Below, piece after piece: positions 63,320 to 64,000 of a DNA stretch of 64,000 bases. Every line of letters starts with the position of its first letter. Within the stretch, counting starts at the first letter, position 1. Under the pieces are notes generated by a model. It was not told the DNA's origin. It made no database searches and saw only the letters and a list, made by a program, of their open reading frames with translations. The DNA is from Eledone cirrhosa (taxonomy: Eukaryota): assembly GCA_964016885.1 (NCBI GenBank), contig OZ024753.1:34658001-34722000 (forward strand). The letters run 5' to 3'. A program made the translations under genes and the position numbers.

Positions 63320-64000
63320 ATCATCGTCATTATCATCCAACAGCCTCAGCCGAAATTGACTCAATAATTGACCTCCTCGTGGATGTCGTTCATTGCCATT
63401 GCCAAATCTTGGATTTCAATACCAGAATCTCGAGAGATGACATCAGGATGGGAGAGCTTGCAGCTCCCTGTTATTAGTGACTGTTTGTGGTTTCCAAAGC
63501 ACTAATGGGGACACATCCTCAAAGGTGGCATGATGGCAGTAACCAGCAAATTGGGATAGGAGAGCTTGCAGCTCCCTGTTATTAGTGACTGTTTGTGGTT
63601 TCCAAAGTACTAATGGGGACACATCCTCAAAGGTGGCATGATGGCAGTAACCAGCAAATTGGGATAGGAGAGCTTGCAGCTCCCTGTTATTAGTGACTGT
63701 TTGTGGTTTCCAAAGTACTAATGGGGACACATCCTCAAAGGTGGCATGATGGCAGTAACCAGCAAATTGGGATAGGAGAGCTTGCAGCTCCCTGTTATTA
63801 GTGACTGTTTGTGGTTTCCAAAGTACTAATGGGGACACAGCCTCAAAGGTGGCATAATGGCAGTAACCAGCAAATTGGGATAGGAGAGCTTGCACCCCCC
63901 TGTTATTAGTGACTGTTTGTGGTTTCCTAAGCACTAATGGGGACACAGCCTCAAAGGTGGCATGATGGCAGTAACCAGCAAATCGGGATAGGAGAGCTTG
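63320..64000 (-). mobile_element. RTE-like LINE 3' end with an internal 108-bp tandem repeat (at least 5 copies, 63447 to window end)
   Basis: Minus strand QFAGYCHHA...LVLWKP (cf. RLRFAGHC...LLLW.P) and DVISRDSGIEIQDLAMAM; period 108 (63555, 63663, 63771, 63879). Confidence 0.75.

Overview
AT-rich eukaryotic (animal) DNA dominated by microsatellites and transposable elements. The SINE and microsatellite content suggests a cephalopod such as Octopus, which is an inference. Nearly all long ORFs in the track are translated microsatellites. Real coding remnants are a 5'-truncated RTE-clade LINE with three C-terminal C2H2-type fingers (20.3-22.9 kb), a frameshifted Penelope-like element (PLE) with RT and GIY-YIG domains (35.1-37.3 kb), several LINE 3' fragments, and one candidate host exon (28.3 kb). 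There are about 20 copies of a tRNA-derived SINE, a Helitron and RTE-derived non-autonomous elements. The main signal is a set of at least 8 families of small non-coding elements inserted in (AT)n tracts. They share one design: a short inverted arm ending at a family-fixed point, a fold-back junction, and a long arm with a roughly 30-110 nt tail. Most carry a complete or truncated type I hammerhead ribozyme (HHR), and the fold-back often falls inside the ribozyme. One family matches the 3' end of the local PLE. Another is a 310-bp HHR tandem array resembling a retrozyme (circular RNA-derived). All structures were paired by eye, so boundaries are approximate.
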